The notes under the pieces are model-generated. The model was not told where the DNA came from and did not search any database. It saw nothing but the letters and a program-made list of their open reading frames with translations. A stretch of 64,000 bases of DNA. It comes from a virus. Positions within the stretch are counted from its first letter, which is position 1, and each line of letters begins with the position of its first letter. The translations under genes were made by a program, and so were the position numbers. The stretch spans positions 1 to 64,000 of IMG/VR virus record IMGVR_UViG_3300033155_000498. One strand, 5' to 3'. Below, piece after piece: positions 39,230 through 49,349 of this stretch.

Positions 39230-41581
39230 TTATTGTTCGTTATTTATTATTAATGTCTTAGGGAACTTAACATATTGGTTATTCGTGTCAGTGCTGTCGT
39301 ATACATCCACTGGTGATATAAATCGACAACTGCCACCATCAAACACTGTTTCAAGTTCGATGCCGTCGTCCCTATTAAACGTTGTCTGAACACCGCGTTT
39401 CCATATATTAGAGTCCGATACTAACATCTCTGAATCAGCTGTTAAATTCACTGAATCAGCTGTAATACCCCAGTACTGCGACAACTTAGAATCTAATATG
39501 TATCTATCTATTTCAAAATCTATTAAGTTAAGTTGTGTTCCAAAGAACTCTGTAATGTTGTATTGTAATAATTTTGATTTGCTTGGTATAGTGTAAGCAA
39601 TAACCCAAGCAGGTGTGAATCCTAGTACCTCACCGTCTTCTTGCTTTGAGAGCATCCATCGAGGTAATAATTTTGATTGTTGACCTATCTGATCGACAAT
39701 CTCTTCGCGCATATTTTCTAAGCTATTTGGATACACTGTATTTGTTAGTACGCCATCATCAATTGCTGGATACTTAATATTAACTTCCGGTGGAATACTT
39801 TCACCTGTGCTGCTAACAAGGTTATCAATAATCTGACTATAAACAACTTCATACAATATGTTATCATTATCGTCTAACGCCCTAGCTGTTTTAAACTCAC
39901 CAAGTACTACTTGCCTATTATAATGGTTTAATTCTAATGCTGCAAAGTAATCTTCAAGTGTTGCTGGTGTTAGCCCAAATGCATGTTGGTATATAACTTT
40001 CTTAGCTGATCCAAAATTTGGATCGTCAGCTCTATATAAAATAGCCGGATCAATAATTTGATTTAATAATAAACTATCCAACAACTCTCTATCTGCTAGT
40101 GGCGGCATAGCCTTACAATATATTGTATTGTGAGGTCCATTAAACCTCTTGTTAACTAAAATTGTAAATTCTTTAGTAACCGACACAATGCCATTTGAGC
40201 TGTAAGCTTCAATTGTAAATGTATATGTTGAATCGAATGTAGTAGGGGTCACCTCTAATCTAGTGCTGAACTCTTCGTCAAACGTTGTGGTATCACCATC
40301 CAAACTAAATGTCTTAAAACTAACCTGACCTACGATGTTACCGCTTGGTAACAATTTCAACCCTTGTGGTAACTTACTGTTTAGTCCACCTTCTTTAAAT
40401 CTGTAGCTTAATATTGAATCTGTGTGTTCTGCTTCAACATATAATGTACTAATAGCACCGTTATTAATTGTGCCCAGTACTGGATCTGTTAACCATAAAA
40501 CATTTGTATCTATGTCGCCAACTAATGTCATTGACGTTAGATATAACACTGATTCAATTAATGGATCAACTGCTTTAAATACCTTAACACCAAAGTTATA
40601 TTCTACTTCAGTTAATCCAACAGCTGGTAAGTTACCAGACAACCAGCCGGTAATAGGATCTAATGTAAGACCAGGTGGTAAACTTCCAGACGCAATATAG
40701 TATTGAACTTGGTCACCGTTTGGATCTTCGCCATTGAACTTATGTGCAAAATAGTTATCATGTCTGAAACGGCCTAAATCGGATACGTTGTTAGTAATGT
40801 AAGGTGAGCGTACTGCAATACTATCTGCTGTAATATTAATATGGTCTGCTGTAAATTCAATAGTGTCAGCCGTCATACTATTTCGACTGTATATGAATAT
40901 TTCAAATGTTCGCATGACGATATCTTTACCGTCTGTTACTTGTAATGTAAATTGAAGATTCTGACTAATGGAAGTAGTGCTAAAATCATATGGGAACTCA
41001 TCGAACCCTGTGTCGTCCACATCAAACCCTGGTACTGCACCACCTATGCCAATAAGTGGTGTTGCAAATCCGCTTAGGAGACCGTCAGTTGTAAGTGTTA
41101 ATCCTTCTGGCAGTGAGCCAGACACCAATGAAATTTCAATTTCGTCTGCTGGATCTATATCTACTGCTTCAAACTGAAAAGATACTTCACCACCGTCAAA
41201 CCATTTACCAATTAGGCCGCCGGGTGTAATCCATTCTGGTTTATCTTGACCGGTAACTGTAAGGGTGAATGTTCTATCCGCAATGCGGTCGGGGTCATCA
41301 AAATCTGTAACACGTATCGCAAATTTGGACGTTGTGTTCTCTGCTACGTCAGTTGGCACACCTTTAAAGTCTGCTACCGAAACTGGGATACCTTCGATAG
41401 TACCGTTTGTGCTTACTTGCACACCGGCAGGAAGTTCACCTGCTATAACTGAATAAGTTACTTTAGTTGGATCGCCAGGCCAGTCGGGATCAAATGCTTC
41501 TAGGAATATCCTATAGAACCTTCCCTCGGGTACAACCCCTAAACTACCGGGCTCTGTTATCCAAATTGGTGCCTGCGACAT
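39230..41581 (-). CDS. Ig-repeat baseplate wedge-like protein
   Basis: Repeated GxLPxGL...G putative Ig motifs; structural cluster. Confidence 0.7.
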   Translation of the reverse strand: MSQAPIWITEPGSLGVVPEGRFYRIFLEAFDPDWPGDPTKVTYSVIAGELPAGVQVSTNGTIEGIPVSVADFKGVPTDVAENTTSKFAIRVTDFDDPDRIADRTFTLTVTGQDKPEWITPGGLIGKWFDGGEVSFQFEAVDIDPADEIEISLVSGSLPEGLTLTTDGLLSGFATPLIGIGGAVPGFDVDDTGFDEFPYDFSTTSISQNLQFTLQVTDGKDIVMRTFEIFIYSRNSMTADTIEFTADHINITADSIAVRSPYITNNVSDLGRFRHDNYFAHKFNGEDPNGDQVQYYIASGSLPPGLTLDPITGWLSGNLPAVGLTEVEYNFGVKVFKAVDPLIESVLYLTSMTLVGDIDTNVLWLTDPVLGTINNGAISTLYVEAEHTDSILSYRFKEGGLNSKLPQGLKLLPSGNIVGQVSFKTFSLDGDTTTFDEEFSTRLEVTPTTFDSTYTFTIEAYSSNGIVSVTKEFTILVNKRFNGPHNTIYCKAMPPLADRELLDSLLLNQIIDPAILYRADDPNFGSAKKVIYQHAFGLTPATLEDYFAALELNHYNRQVVLGEFKTARALDDNDNILYEVVYSQIIDNLVSSTGESIPPEVNIKYPAIDDGVLTNTVYPNSLENMREEIVDQIGQQSKLLPRWMLSKQEDGEVLGFTPAWVIAYTIPSKSKLLQYNITEFFGTQLNLIDFEIDRYILDSKLSQYWGITADSVNLTADSEMLVSDSNIWKRGVQTTFNRDDGIELETVFDGGSCRFISPVDVYDSTDTNNQYVKFPKTLIINNEQ

Positions 41582-41593
41582 TAATTATCTTCC

Positions 41594-42484
41594 TTAAATT
41601 TTCTTCCATTCATCGCCAGTCCAAACTAATCCAAAGTTATCATTGTTTGAAGTAACAACTAACGGGCCAGCTGATCCATTAATTGTCATACTAGCATCAC
41701 CAATTGATATATTGTTTGCTGTAAACGAAGCTTCCTGGTCAGCAATATAAAAGTGATCGCCTTGTGTAAACGGACCAATTAAATTTATAGTGAAACTACC
41801 ACCCGACGTATTAATAAGATACTTCCCACCGTTTAGTGCTGTAAAGTTTGCACTCTTTGAAACATATCTTGCGTCTGCTGGTGCATAGTCTGCATCGTGA
41901 TTATGTGATGTAGTAGAATACGTTCCGAGGTCGCTTATCTGACTCTCAGTTAACGATAAAGATGCTTGAAATTGTGTTACGTTAGTTTCTGCAAAACGAG
42001 CATCATCAAACGTACCGCTTATAATATGACTTGTATCGTGGTCATGAATAATTGGTGAATACGTTAAATCGTGATCGTGTGCTGTAGTAGAATACGCTCC
42101 GAGATCGCTAATTTGCGATTCGGTAATAACAATAGTTGCTTGATCATAATGCACATCTGTATCTGCAATATGCGTGTCAATTGCGGCATGATCGTTAGTA
42201 CCGATATTGCTGAGCAATAAGTGATCTGCGCTTAATGTCCAAATATCAGTTACACCATCATAGTCTGCTGAGCAGACATATACTGTGCCATTATCCATAG
42301 CAATCATACCAGCAATATCGCCTGTAGCACCTTTAAGTGTTGGGGGCGGAGTAGTTCTAACTACTGATGCAGTACCATTGTAAACTTCATCAAAATTATC
42401 ATTAATTTTAGTGCCAGTGACTCGCAATGTGTCGCCGGTGCTGTCGTTTGGTTTTATACCAATATTGATTGTTTGTTTTGACAT
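41594..42484 (-). CDS. baseplate/tail-fibre protein (gp9/gp10-like N-terminus, HxH repeats)
   Basis: INIGIKPNDSTGDTLR...KINDNF; HDHD repeats. Confidence 0.7.
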   Translation of the reverse strand: MSKQTINIGIKPNDSTGDTLRVTGTKINDNFDEVYNGTASVVRTTPPPTLKGATGDIAGMIAMDNGTVYVCSADYDGVTDIWTLSADHLLLSNIGTNDHAAIDTHIADTDVHYDQATIVITESQISDLGAYSTTAHDHDLTYSPIIHDHDTSHIISGTFDDARFAETNVTQFQASLSLTESQISDLGTYSTTSHNHDADYAPADARYVSKSANFTALNGGKYLINTSGGSFTINLIGPFTQGDHFYIADQEASFTANNISIGDASMTINGSAGPLVVTSNNDNFGLVWTGDEWKKI

Positions 42485-42494
42485 TGGCTACACC

Positions 42495-42770
42495 TTAAAC
42501 CCAAGTAGCGGCTGCGGCTCTAGTCCAAATGTCTGTAATACCATCGTAGTCTATTGTGCAAACATAGATATAGCTTGCATCAAACGCAACCATCCCAGCG
42601 ACATCGCCAGTAGCACCAATAGATGCGGCTGGAGCCGTTGGACGCGCAACAGGTACAAGACCTGTGTAAGATTCGGTGGTGTTATCGTTTATTTTATCAA
42701 AAGCGTCACGAAGTTGATCGCCTGTGCCATCATTCGCTACTGCTCCGATATTAATTAATTGTTGAGACAT
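42495..42770 (-). CDS. gp9/gp10-like N-terminus structural protein
   Basis: INIGAVANDGTGDQLRDAFDKIN. Confidence 0.7.
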   Translation of the reverse strand: MSQQLINIGAVANDGTGDQLRDAFDKINDNTTESYTGLVPVARPTAPAASIGATGDVAGMVAFDASYIYVCTIDYDGITDIWTRAAAATWV

Positions 42771-42823
42771 ATACTGTTCCTCTGTAAGTTACAGTATATT
42801 TATCAACTTAGGAGGGTGTCTAA

Positions 42824-43120
42824 CTAAACAAGAATTCCTATGATCTCTTCTTCGTTTAAAATTAGCAGATCTTCATTATCGACATTAATTTCTTGTCCAA
42901 CATATTGTCCAAATAGTACTTTATCACCTACTGTCACACCCATTGGCTGGATGTCACCGTTTGGTAGGGTTTTGCCACTTCCGATTGCAAGTACAATACC
43001 TTCGTGTGGTTTCTCTGCTACGGCGCCCGGAATTACAATTCCACCCGCGGATGTTGTTTCTGCTTCTAACTGGCGTACAACGACGCGGTCGTGTAAGGGA
43101 CGGATTCCTATTTCGCTCAT
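42824..43120 (-). CDS. groES: host-like co-chaperonin GroES
   Basis: IRPLHDRVVV, GGIVIPG, EKP, VGDKVLF. Confidence 0.92.
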   Translation of the reverse strand: MSEIGIRPLHDRVVVRQLEAETTSAGGIVIPGAVAEKPHEGIVLAIGSGKTLPNGDIQPMGVTVGDKVLFGQYVGQEINVDNEDLLILNEEEIIGILV

Positions 43121-43141
43121 GTGTTTTTCCTATTTTAATTC

Positions 43142-43417
43142 TTATCCTAGAGCTATAAAAAAGCCTACGATGTTAATAACTACAAAATATGCAGTTAACA
43201 CAATAGTCCATACCATCTCTCTACGATAATAAGCATACAGACCTGTCGCTGCCCCAACTAAAAACAGTGGGTAAACGATAAGCATGTTTGGATCTTTTGC
43301 TGTAAGTGCTAATACTAATGAACCAGCAACTGTAAATAACATGCCAACCATTTCAAACATAAATGCGGTACGGTCATGTTCCCAGCTTCGCACTAATGCG
43401 TTTTTTATTCGTTCCAT
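43142..43417 (-). CDS. small membrane protein
   Basis: 3 TM; TAAATA-N5-ATG. Confidence 0.6.
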   Translation of the reverse strand: MERIKNALVRSWEHDRTAFMFEMVGMLFTVAGSLVLALTAKDPNMLIVYPLFLVGAATGLYAYYRREMVWTIVLTAYFVVINIVGFFIALG

Positions 43418-43439
43418 ATATTTATTTACTGCTGGCGGG

Positions 43440-43769
43440 CTAATGTATCTTTCTGTCCGAATCTAAATCGCTGGAATCAGCAAAATCATCGGAATCAACT
43501 AGTTCATCTAATTCGTCTAATTCATCTAACCCTTCGTCGTATTGCCGAACACGCTCTCTTTCTGCATCTTTAAAAGCTAGGTATTCAGTAATCCAGTCTG
43601 GGTCATCAAATAAAAACCCGGTTGTTTTGTCTCCGGGAAAATTGTCTGGTACCCCAAACAACCGTAATACATCGCCAAGTGCAACTTCTTCAACCATTCC
43701 ACTTTCGTAGAGTGCTGATAAAATTCTTAATATGGCGATGCGTACGGTTGGTTCGAGATTGTCAAGCAT
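43440..43769 (-). CDS. acidic hypothetical protein
   Basis: ORF track. Confidence 0.55.
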   Translation of the reverse strand: MLDNLEPTVRIAILRILSALYESGMVEEVALGDVLRLFGVPDNFPGDKTTGFLFDDPDWITEYLAFKDAERERVRQYDEGLDELDELDELVDSDDFADSSDLDSDRKIH

Positions 43770-44156
43770 TTACTCTGTTGCTTCAACTTCGCTATTTGCT
43801 TCCACAAACTTTTCGACGCGTGGGTCAGTTGGTGCTTTGTCAGCAATGCGGGTTTTGACATTCTTAGTCAAAGTGGTCTTCATGTTTGCACGTTTTGAAG
43901 CTTTGCTCTTTTCAGCAATCTTAACTTCAAGAATTTCTTTTTGTGCGCCATCCAGGCCGTCTTTGTTGTCCAAGAAATACTGAGCTGCGTCAAGTTTTGT
44001 CATACCTTTAGACAGTTCAATAAGGTCAATGCCAGTACAGCCGGCCTTGTTCAAAATCTTGATGCGCGAAACAAGATCGTTCGCCCAACGGACTTTGATA
44101 GTGCCGTTTGCATTAACCGCAGTACCTACGATTGTAAAAGTTTTCTCTTTACTCAT
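43770..44156 (-). CDS. hypothetical protein
   Basis: Strong RBS GAGGA. Confidence 0.65.
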   Translation of the reverse strand: MSKEKTFTIVGTAVNANGTIKVRWANDLVSRIKILNKAGCTGIDLIELSKGMTKLDAAQYFLDNKDGLDGAQKEILEVKIAEKSKASKRANMKTTLTKNVKTRIADKAPTDPRVEKFVEANSEVEATE

Positions 44157-44194
44157 GTTTTAATCCTCCTCAGGATTGTTGTTTTAGGTTAGGT

Positions 44195-45252
44195 TTAGTT
44201 TAGCCGTTCAAGATTGGCTAGGTTGGAAGATTCCATGCAGTGTTTAAAATCAGACTTTCCATCAATTACATCAATAATTGATTCAAGGTGCTCGCACATA
44301 TCATCAACTGATAATATTGCATCGCTTTCCCAAACATTGCCAACGAGTGTTAATGCACGTTCTACTTCAGCAGTTTGGATTTCATCTGTACGCTTGTTTG
44401 TCTGAGTATTCATTATATCCTCTCCAACCATTTTGCAGCGTTAATTATATTAGTTTGTTTAGGGTAGGTCAACCGATATTTGGTATCAATTTAACCGATT
44501 TTAATCATCCACGGTGAAGAACTTGTTGAATTTGATGCTCTTATTTCGGTTGGGACCGAAATAACGTTAGCGGAACCGTATTGTGCCGCGCACATCTGTT
44601 GAGCTGCAAAGCTAGACTCTGCATTAAATTGGACAGTATGTGGTACACGGGCGTTGCCGTTGCGTACATATACTTTGGCTTGAAAGGTTTTCATATACTT
44701 ATTTATCGTAAACCAACCGGTCTACTGTGTCCTTTGTGAGCGTTGCAAATGTGCGTCTGGCTTTGTAAAAATATGCAGGTTTGGTAAACATTTTGATATC
44801 TGTTGTACCATCCTTGATATACCCAACCATATTCTCACCTTCAATTAAGTAGATGTGATTTGGAACCTTAGCTTCGCAATTCCAGGTTTTGGTTGTTTCT
44901 TTTAGAAAGACAATGCTCATACAATACCTTGTACTTCATTAAAACCAAATCCAGCTACACCGTATTGTACACCAGCGCCGTCAACAATAACATCTCCAAC
45001 GCTAATGGAATGCATTTTTGCAATACGGTTAATGTTTTCTTCTGGTCCCATGTTTCCCACGTGGAAAACATTTTCAAGGTCCGTAGCTTCAATTTCTGCT
45101 ACTTTTTCATAGAAGCCTTTAGCTTTATCAAATTCTTCTATTTTGCAATCGTGATATGCTTTAAACTTTGGATGGGTATATGGATCTTCCATACCGTTAA
45201 TTACATCACGTTCTAATTTAGTAAGTCTAATTTGGTAAATGCTGTATTTCAT
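44195..45252 (-). other. run of four small early hypothetical genes (44195-44431, 44491-44694, 44699-44920, 44917-45252); the last is YodL-like
   Basis: ORF track; the last has YSIYQ...HSISVGDV. Confidence 0.55.
44444..44472 (-). promoter_or_regulatory. early sigma70-type promoter
   Basis: TTGACC-17bp-TATAAT. Confidence 0.7.
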
Positions 45253-45282
45253 AATTTTGACCTTTCTTTAATTTATGTACTA

Positions 45283-45311
45283 ATTATAGTTTCTTTTGCC
45301 CAAAAGGTCAA
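45283..45311 (-). promoter_or_regulatory. early sigma70-type promoter
   Basis: TTGACC-17bp-TATAATTAGTACATAA. Confidence 0.8.
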
Positions 45312-45342
45312 CCAAAATGCTAAATTTATTTGCATCTATATA

Positions 45343-45521
45343 AATCAATGACTTACATTAAACCGCCTGTTTAATGTGGTTTTAAGCTGTTTAAGCGGTA
45401 CTGTTACACATTATATCATTATATGCGCCGTTTTTCAGCGTTTTACTATATAAATCAACGACTTAGCGGTTTAAGTGAATAGGTTTACAGTTGGTTTAAC
45501 TCTATATAAATCAATGACTTA
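45343..45521. repeat. three direct repeats CTATATAAATCAAYGACTTA (IHF consensus)
   Basis: AATCAAYGACTTA at 45343, 45453 and 45509 matches WATCAANNNNTTR. Confidence 0.8.
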
Positions 45522-45540
45522 GTAAGCCTCCCAGTAAAAC

Positions 45541-45798
45541 CTATGCTTTATTTAATAACTTGTGTGTCATTAAGAATGCTGTCATTTGCGCTGGGGGTAT
45601 TACTACAAACTCGCTGGCGTTGTGTATCTGTGGACTTGTCCACAGATACGGATAGATAATATCTACTTTGATCCGAATAGAATTGTATCTGCCAGGTTTT
45701 GCCAGTGCTAACACTTTATGGAGTTTTTCGTTGCGATATACGTGATCACCAATACTAATCGGAACGCCCATAAAATCAACATAATTATTCATATGCAA
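45541..45798 (-). CDS. hypothetical protein
   Basis: ORF track; has its own promoter. Confidence 0.55.
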   Translation of the reverse strand: MHMNNYVDFMGVPISIGDHVYRNEKLHKVLALAKPGRYNSIRIKVDIIYPYLWTSPQIHNASEFVVIPPAQMTAFLMTHKLLNKA

Positions 45799-45822
45799 AA
45801 CCTCGCGATAAGTTATGTACTA

Positions 45823-45850
45823 ATTATAGCAGGTATTCGCCAAAGGTCTA
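45823..45850 (-). promoter_or_regulatory. early promoter (extended -10)
   Basis: TAGACC-16bp-TATAAT with TG; shares TATAATTAGTACATAA with the 45283 promoter. Confidence 0.7.
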
Positions 45851-45867
45851 CCTTTATTTGCACCCAA

Positions 45868-45895
45868 TAAAAAGCCCGCATTGCGCGGGCTTTTA
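45868..45895. terminator. bidirectional Rho-independent terminator
   Basis: TAAAAAGCCCGC-ATTGC-GCGGGCTTTTA. Confidence 0.85.
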
Positions 45896-45951
45896 GTATT
45901 TCCTTATGCGCTTAGTAGATAAGCGATAATTCCATATTTTACCAGGGGTGT

Positions 45952-46185
45952 TTAGCCAAGCACTTTAGCACGGCTTCCAGCTACGTCACGTGAAGACACG
46001 GAATACTTTCCGGCCTTAACACTAACGTTCAAACCTAACTGACGCAAATCAAAAACGCGAGCGGTTAAGTTCAAAATACCATAACGGTTAGCTGCTTGTG
46101 AAGCTGTAAGAGTACGGCCGGTACCACGTAAGTGGGTTTCCAAGAAACGTGATTGTCCCTTTACTTTATAATATGCCATTTTCAT
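45952..46185 (-). CDS. helix-turn-helix DNA-binding protein
   Basis: LTASQAANRYGILNLTARVFDLRQLG. Confidence 0.7.
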   Translation of the reverse strand: MKMAYYKVKGQSRFLETHLRGTGRTLTASQAANRYGILNLTARVFDLRQLGLNVSVKAGKYSVSSRDVAGSRAKVLG

Positions 46186-46290
46186 TTCCTCTAATTTTCA
46201 CTGAGAAGGTCTTACTCTTCACAATGTATGCTGGCTATTTTACACTCATCGTTATAGACTGTCAATAGTCAGTTTTGCCAGAAAAGCTAG

Positions 46291-46878
46291 TTAAGCTCTC
46301 TTTAGGATAACCTCGTCTGCTAGACCGTATGCTACAGATTCATCTGCTGTCATAAAATTGTCACGATCTGTATCTGCGTAGATAGTTTTATAAGGCTTTC
46401 CGGTTACAGTAACGTACACATCATTTAATGCTTTCTTCCAACGCAAGGTTTCATTAGTATGAATTTCCATATCAGATGCTTGACCTTTATAGCCAGCTAG
46501 AACCTGATGTATCATATGCGTACTATGTTTCAACATCATGCGCTTGCCTTTGGTACCACTTGCTGCTAACAATGATCCCATGCTACATGCCTCGCCAGCA
46601 ACAATAGTCCTAACATCACACTTGATGAAGTTCATAGTGTCGATTACTGACATACCTGCTGTAACTGAGCCGCCTGGGCTGTTAATGTAAAAAAGGATTT
46701 CTGCATCTGGCGCTTCACTTTCCAAAAACAACATTTGAGCGACAATAACATTACAGCTATTATCGTCAACTACACCGTTAAGCATGATAATTCGTTCTTT
46801 GAGCAAGCGACTGTAGATATCATAACTACGTTCGCCGTTTGGTGTCTTTTCGATCACCATTGGTATTAATCCAGACAT
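46291..46878 (-). CDS. clpP: Clp protease proteolytic subunit
   Basis: [24 protein letters not shown] (Ser), MIHQ (His), DRDNFM (Asp). Confidence 0.95.
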   Translation of the reverse strand: MSGLIPMVIEKTPNGERSYDIYSRLLKERIIMLNGVVDDNSCNVIVAQMLFLESEAPDAEILFYINSPGGSVTAGMSVIDTMNFIKCDVRTIVAGEACSMGSLLAASGTKGKRMMLKHSTHMIHQVLAGYKGQASDMEIHTNETLRWKKALNDVYVTVTGKPYKTIYADTDRDNFMTADESVAYGLADEVILKRA

Positions 46879-46952
46879 ATAAACTCCTCTTTTAAGTATG
46901 AACACATAATAGCATAAATAGTAGAAAGAAAGCAATAGCAATTGGACCAATT

Positions 46953-48470
46953 ATGAGATTTAGAGAGTTTAACATATTAACCGAAGCACGTGGATTAGCA
47001 AGTCGTACAATCGGTGACAAGTTTGAATCAGACGGCGCTGAGGATATGTCCTTTGAAGGAATTGCCTTCTACCCACAATCAGGTAAGTTTGAAACCCCAG
47101 AAGAACTTGCAGACGAAATAGAAAATGCTGAATATGAATACGGTGCAATTATATGGTTGAACCAAGTACCCAAATCAGGTGGGTTTGGTGTTGTTAGCTT
47201 TGAAACAAAAAATGGCGGGGTTGTACACTACGGGCGTTTCTTTAAAATTATTAAAGCTATGCATGATCAAATGGCATGGACCAATAAGGATATTCCAGGG
47301 TACAGTCTTGCAACTAAGTCTGGCGCTAAAGAAACCGCCGGAATGCAACCATCAGATGTGTTAACACAAACCGATAACCTTACTCCAGCATCTATTGTTA
47401 AACAGATTGCCGTTAAGTTCGGTAAGAATAATCCACTAACTAAAGTGGCTGCTTCTGTTGCACGTGGTAAGAAATTTCCAATTACAATACTAAAACAAGA
47501 AGGCTTGAGTTTTGAAGCGTTCCGTGATTACTTCTGCGAAATGTTACACCCAATTGCATTAATGAAACACACTACCACCGGTAATGCTGTTGAAGCTGAA
47601 AAGCAATTCCTTCCAGGTAGTAGCTTTGCTGAATGTTCTATTAGTTTCAGCACTTCCAAAACAGAAGGATTAAGCGATAGCATCCTTGTTAACCCAACTG
47701 GACAGAACGTTAAAGTTAGCAGTAAAGGTAAATCAGGCGGTGCCCAAGCAGGCGTTAAGAACCTAACAGATGCAATACACGAATTAAAGGATCCAAAGCT
47801 AGTAAGAAAACACAAAGACATTATTGAGCTTATTGATCGTATCACAACCGCTGGCGCAAAAGAAGCACCATCTGAACTTGCAATGCATTATAAAATGATT
47901 AACCAAAAGGAAGCAGGTTTAGTTACTAGATTGCAAACAATGGTTAATTCAGGACTAACACACAAGCAGGTCCTTAAGGGTGGTTACCTAACAAAACGTT
48001 TACAAAAGATTTACGCGAACCGTAATGCAAAGGATCCATCTAAAGTAAATCCACATGCACACATGGTTGCTGCGCTTGCTTTCTTAGTAAGCGATTATAT
48101 TAACAGCAAGACTACATTTGGTAAGTCCGCTGCTAATATACTTAATAATGCTGGCTTAGTTACTGTTGATACTAAAGCTAAGGAAACAGCTAAAGAATGG
48201 ATACTTGAAGATTTTGTATCTAAATTCCCAGGCGATTCTATTACAGGTGTGTTGTTATCAGCACAAAAGAACTACGCGAGTACTACGTTCCGCGGTAACT
48301 TTACATTTAAGATACTTAAGAACAATGCTGATCCAAAGGCGTTTGCTGATGTTAAAATGGATAAGGCTCCGGACGTTAAGAAGAAACCTAAAAAGAAAAA
48401 GTTATCTGCTGCTAGTGGTGGTACTAAGAAACCTGCTAAGAAAGGCACTACACAAAGAAGTAAACGTTAA
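46953..48470 (+). CDS. putative virion-packaged PD-(D/E)XK nuclease-like protein
   Basis: MRFREFNILTE; GLSDSIL...VKVSSKG; Lys-rich tail; TAAATA upstream. Confidence 0.45.
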   Translation: MRFREFNILTEARGLASRTIGDKFESDGAEDMSFEGIAFYPQSGKFETPEELADEIENAEYEYGAIIWLNQVPKSGGFGVVSFETKNGGVVHYGRFFKIIKAMHDQMAWTNKDIPGYSLATKSGAKETAGMQPSDVLTQTDNLTPASIVKQIAVKFGKNNPLTKVAASVARGKKFPITILKQEGLSFEAFRDYFCEMLHPIALMKHTTTGNAVEAEKQFLPGSSFAECSISFSTSKTEGLSDSILVNPTGQNVKVSSKGKSGGAQAGVKNLTDAIHELKDPKLVRKHKDIIELIDRITTAGAKEAPSELAMHYKMINQKEAGLVTRLQTMVNSGLTHKQVLKGGYLTKRLQKIYANRNAKDPSKVNPHAHMVAALAFLVSDYINSKTTFGKSAANILNNAGLVTVDTKAKETAKEWILEDFVSKFPGDSITGVLLSAQKNYASTTFRGNFTFKILKNNADPKAFADVKMDKAPDVKKKPKKKKLSAASGGTKKPAKKGTTQRSKR

Positions 48471-48715
48471 CTACAATATTCGTGTGCTAATTCGTTTATT
48501 AGATCATCACACTGCTCGTTAAGCTCATCCATTTGTTCATCCGGCACAACCGTACCATCATTGAATTCTGCATACCCAATAAAAGCGTCACAGAAGTCTG
48601 GATAGTCGTTCATGTTAACATCTTCAATTTCAAAAGTGCTTTCATTGACATTGTTAATATCAAATGGAATTCTCTTTAATGCTTCGAATGTATCTTCTGC
48701 TGTATAGTCTGTCAT
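48467..48715 (-). CDS. acidic hypothetical protein
   Basis: DYPDFCDAFI motif; RBS GGAG. Confidence 0.6.
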   Translation of the reverse strand: MTDYTAEDTFEALKRIPFDINNVNESTFEIEDVNMNDYPDFCDAFIGYAEFNDGTVVPDEQMDELNEQCDDLINELAHEYCS

Positions 48716-48976
48716 GGTATTCTCTCCAGTTGGAAAGGACCTTATCAGTCCTTTCCAGTGGGATTGTAAATCTCTATAGGGCTATTGTCATCCCCTCTTA
48801 GTTCTTAATGAGTATTTAAAGTTTTAGTTAGGGGAATCTCGAATATTTGGAATATTATTATTCATAGCATAACTCCTTTGTTGAGGGTAACCGTCATACC
48901 TTGCAGAGCGTACAAGGATGAGCGGGTTCTACTTTCTATTATCTCTTAGTTTATTGTTTTAAAGGCCTTTATCAGC

Positions 48977-49345
48977 TTATTGCATCTGTGCCTGCCGGCT
49001 CCTATCACACCCGTGAATTCTTTCGTACTGTTCAATATTACTTAGTGCCTGTTCATAATATGAACAAGTTTTTTCTTTGTTCTTTACGTACATCTTTGAG
49101 ATTAAGTATTGCTCCTCACGCAAGAGTTCGCTTTCGCCACAGTTTTCTAATGGCTCTACATTCAAAGTCGTAAAGTTAGGATCGACTAATCCTGATCTAC
49201 TTTTATAGGTTGGATCTTTGAAGTTTAATATAAGCGATCCTGCTATATACGAGAAACTTCCGTTTTCGAGATGCTTTTTCATAATCGGAATAGAGAGCGT
49301 TGCTCGTTCAAGTCGACGAATTGGATCAATAAGTTCTTTACTCAT
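48977..49345 (-). CDS. hypothetical protein
   Basis: Likely start MSKEL. Confidence 0.5.
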   Translation of the reverse strand: MSKELIDPIRRLERATLSIPIMKKHLENGSFSYIAGSLILNFKDPTYKSRSGLVDPNFTTLNVEPLENCGESELLREEQYLISKMYVKNKEKTCSYYEQALSNIEQYERIHGCDRSRQAQMQ

Positions 49346-49349
49346 AATC

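Noticed and set aside
48716-48976. tmRNA or tRNA in the structured gap
   Set aside because: No tRNA-like acceptor/T-arm or CCA end, and no ANDxxYALAA-type tag
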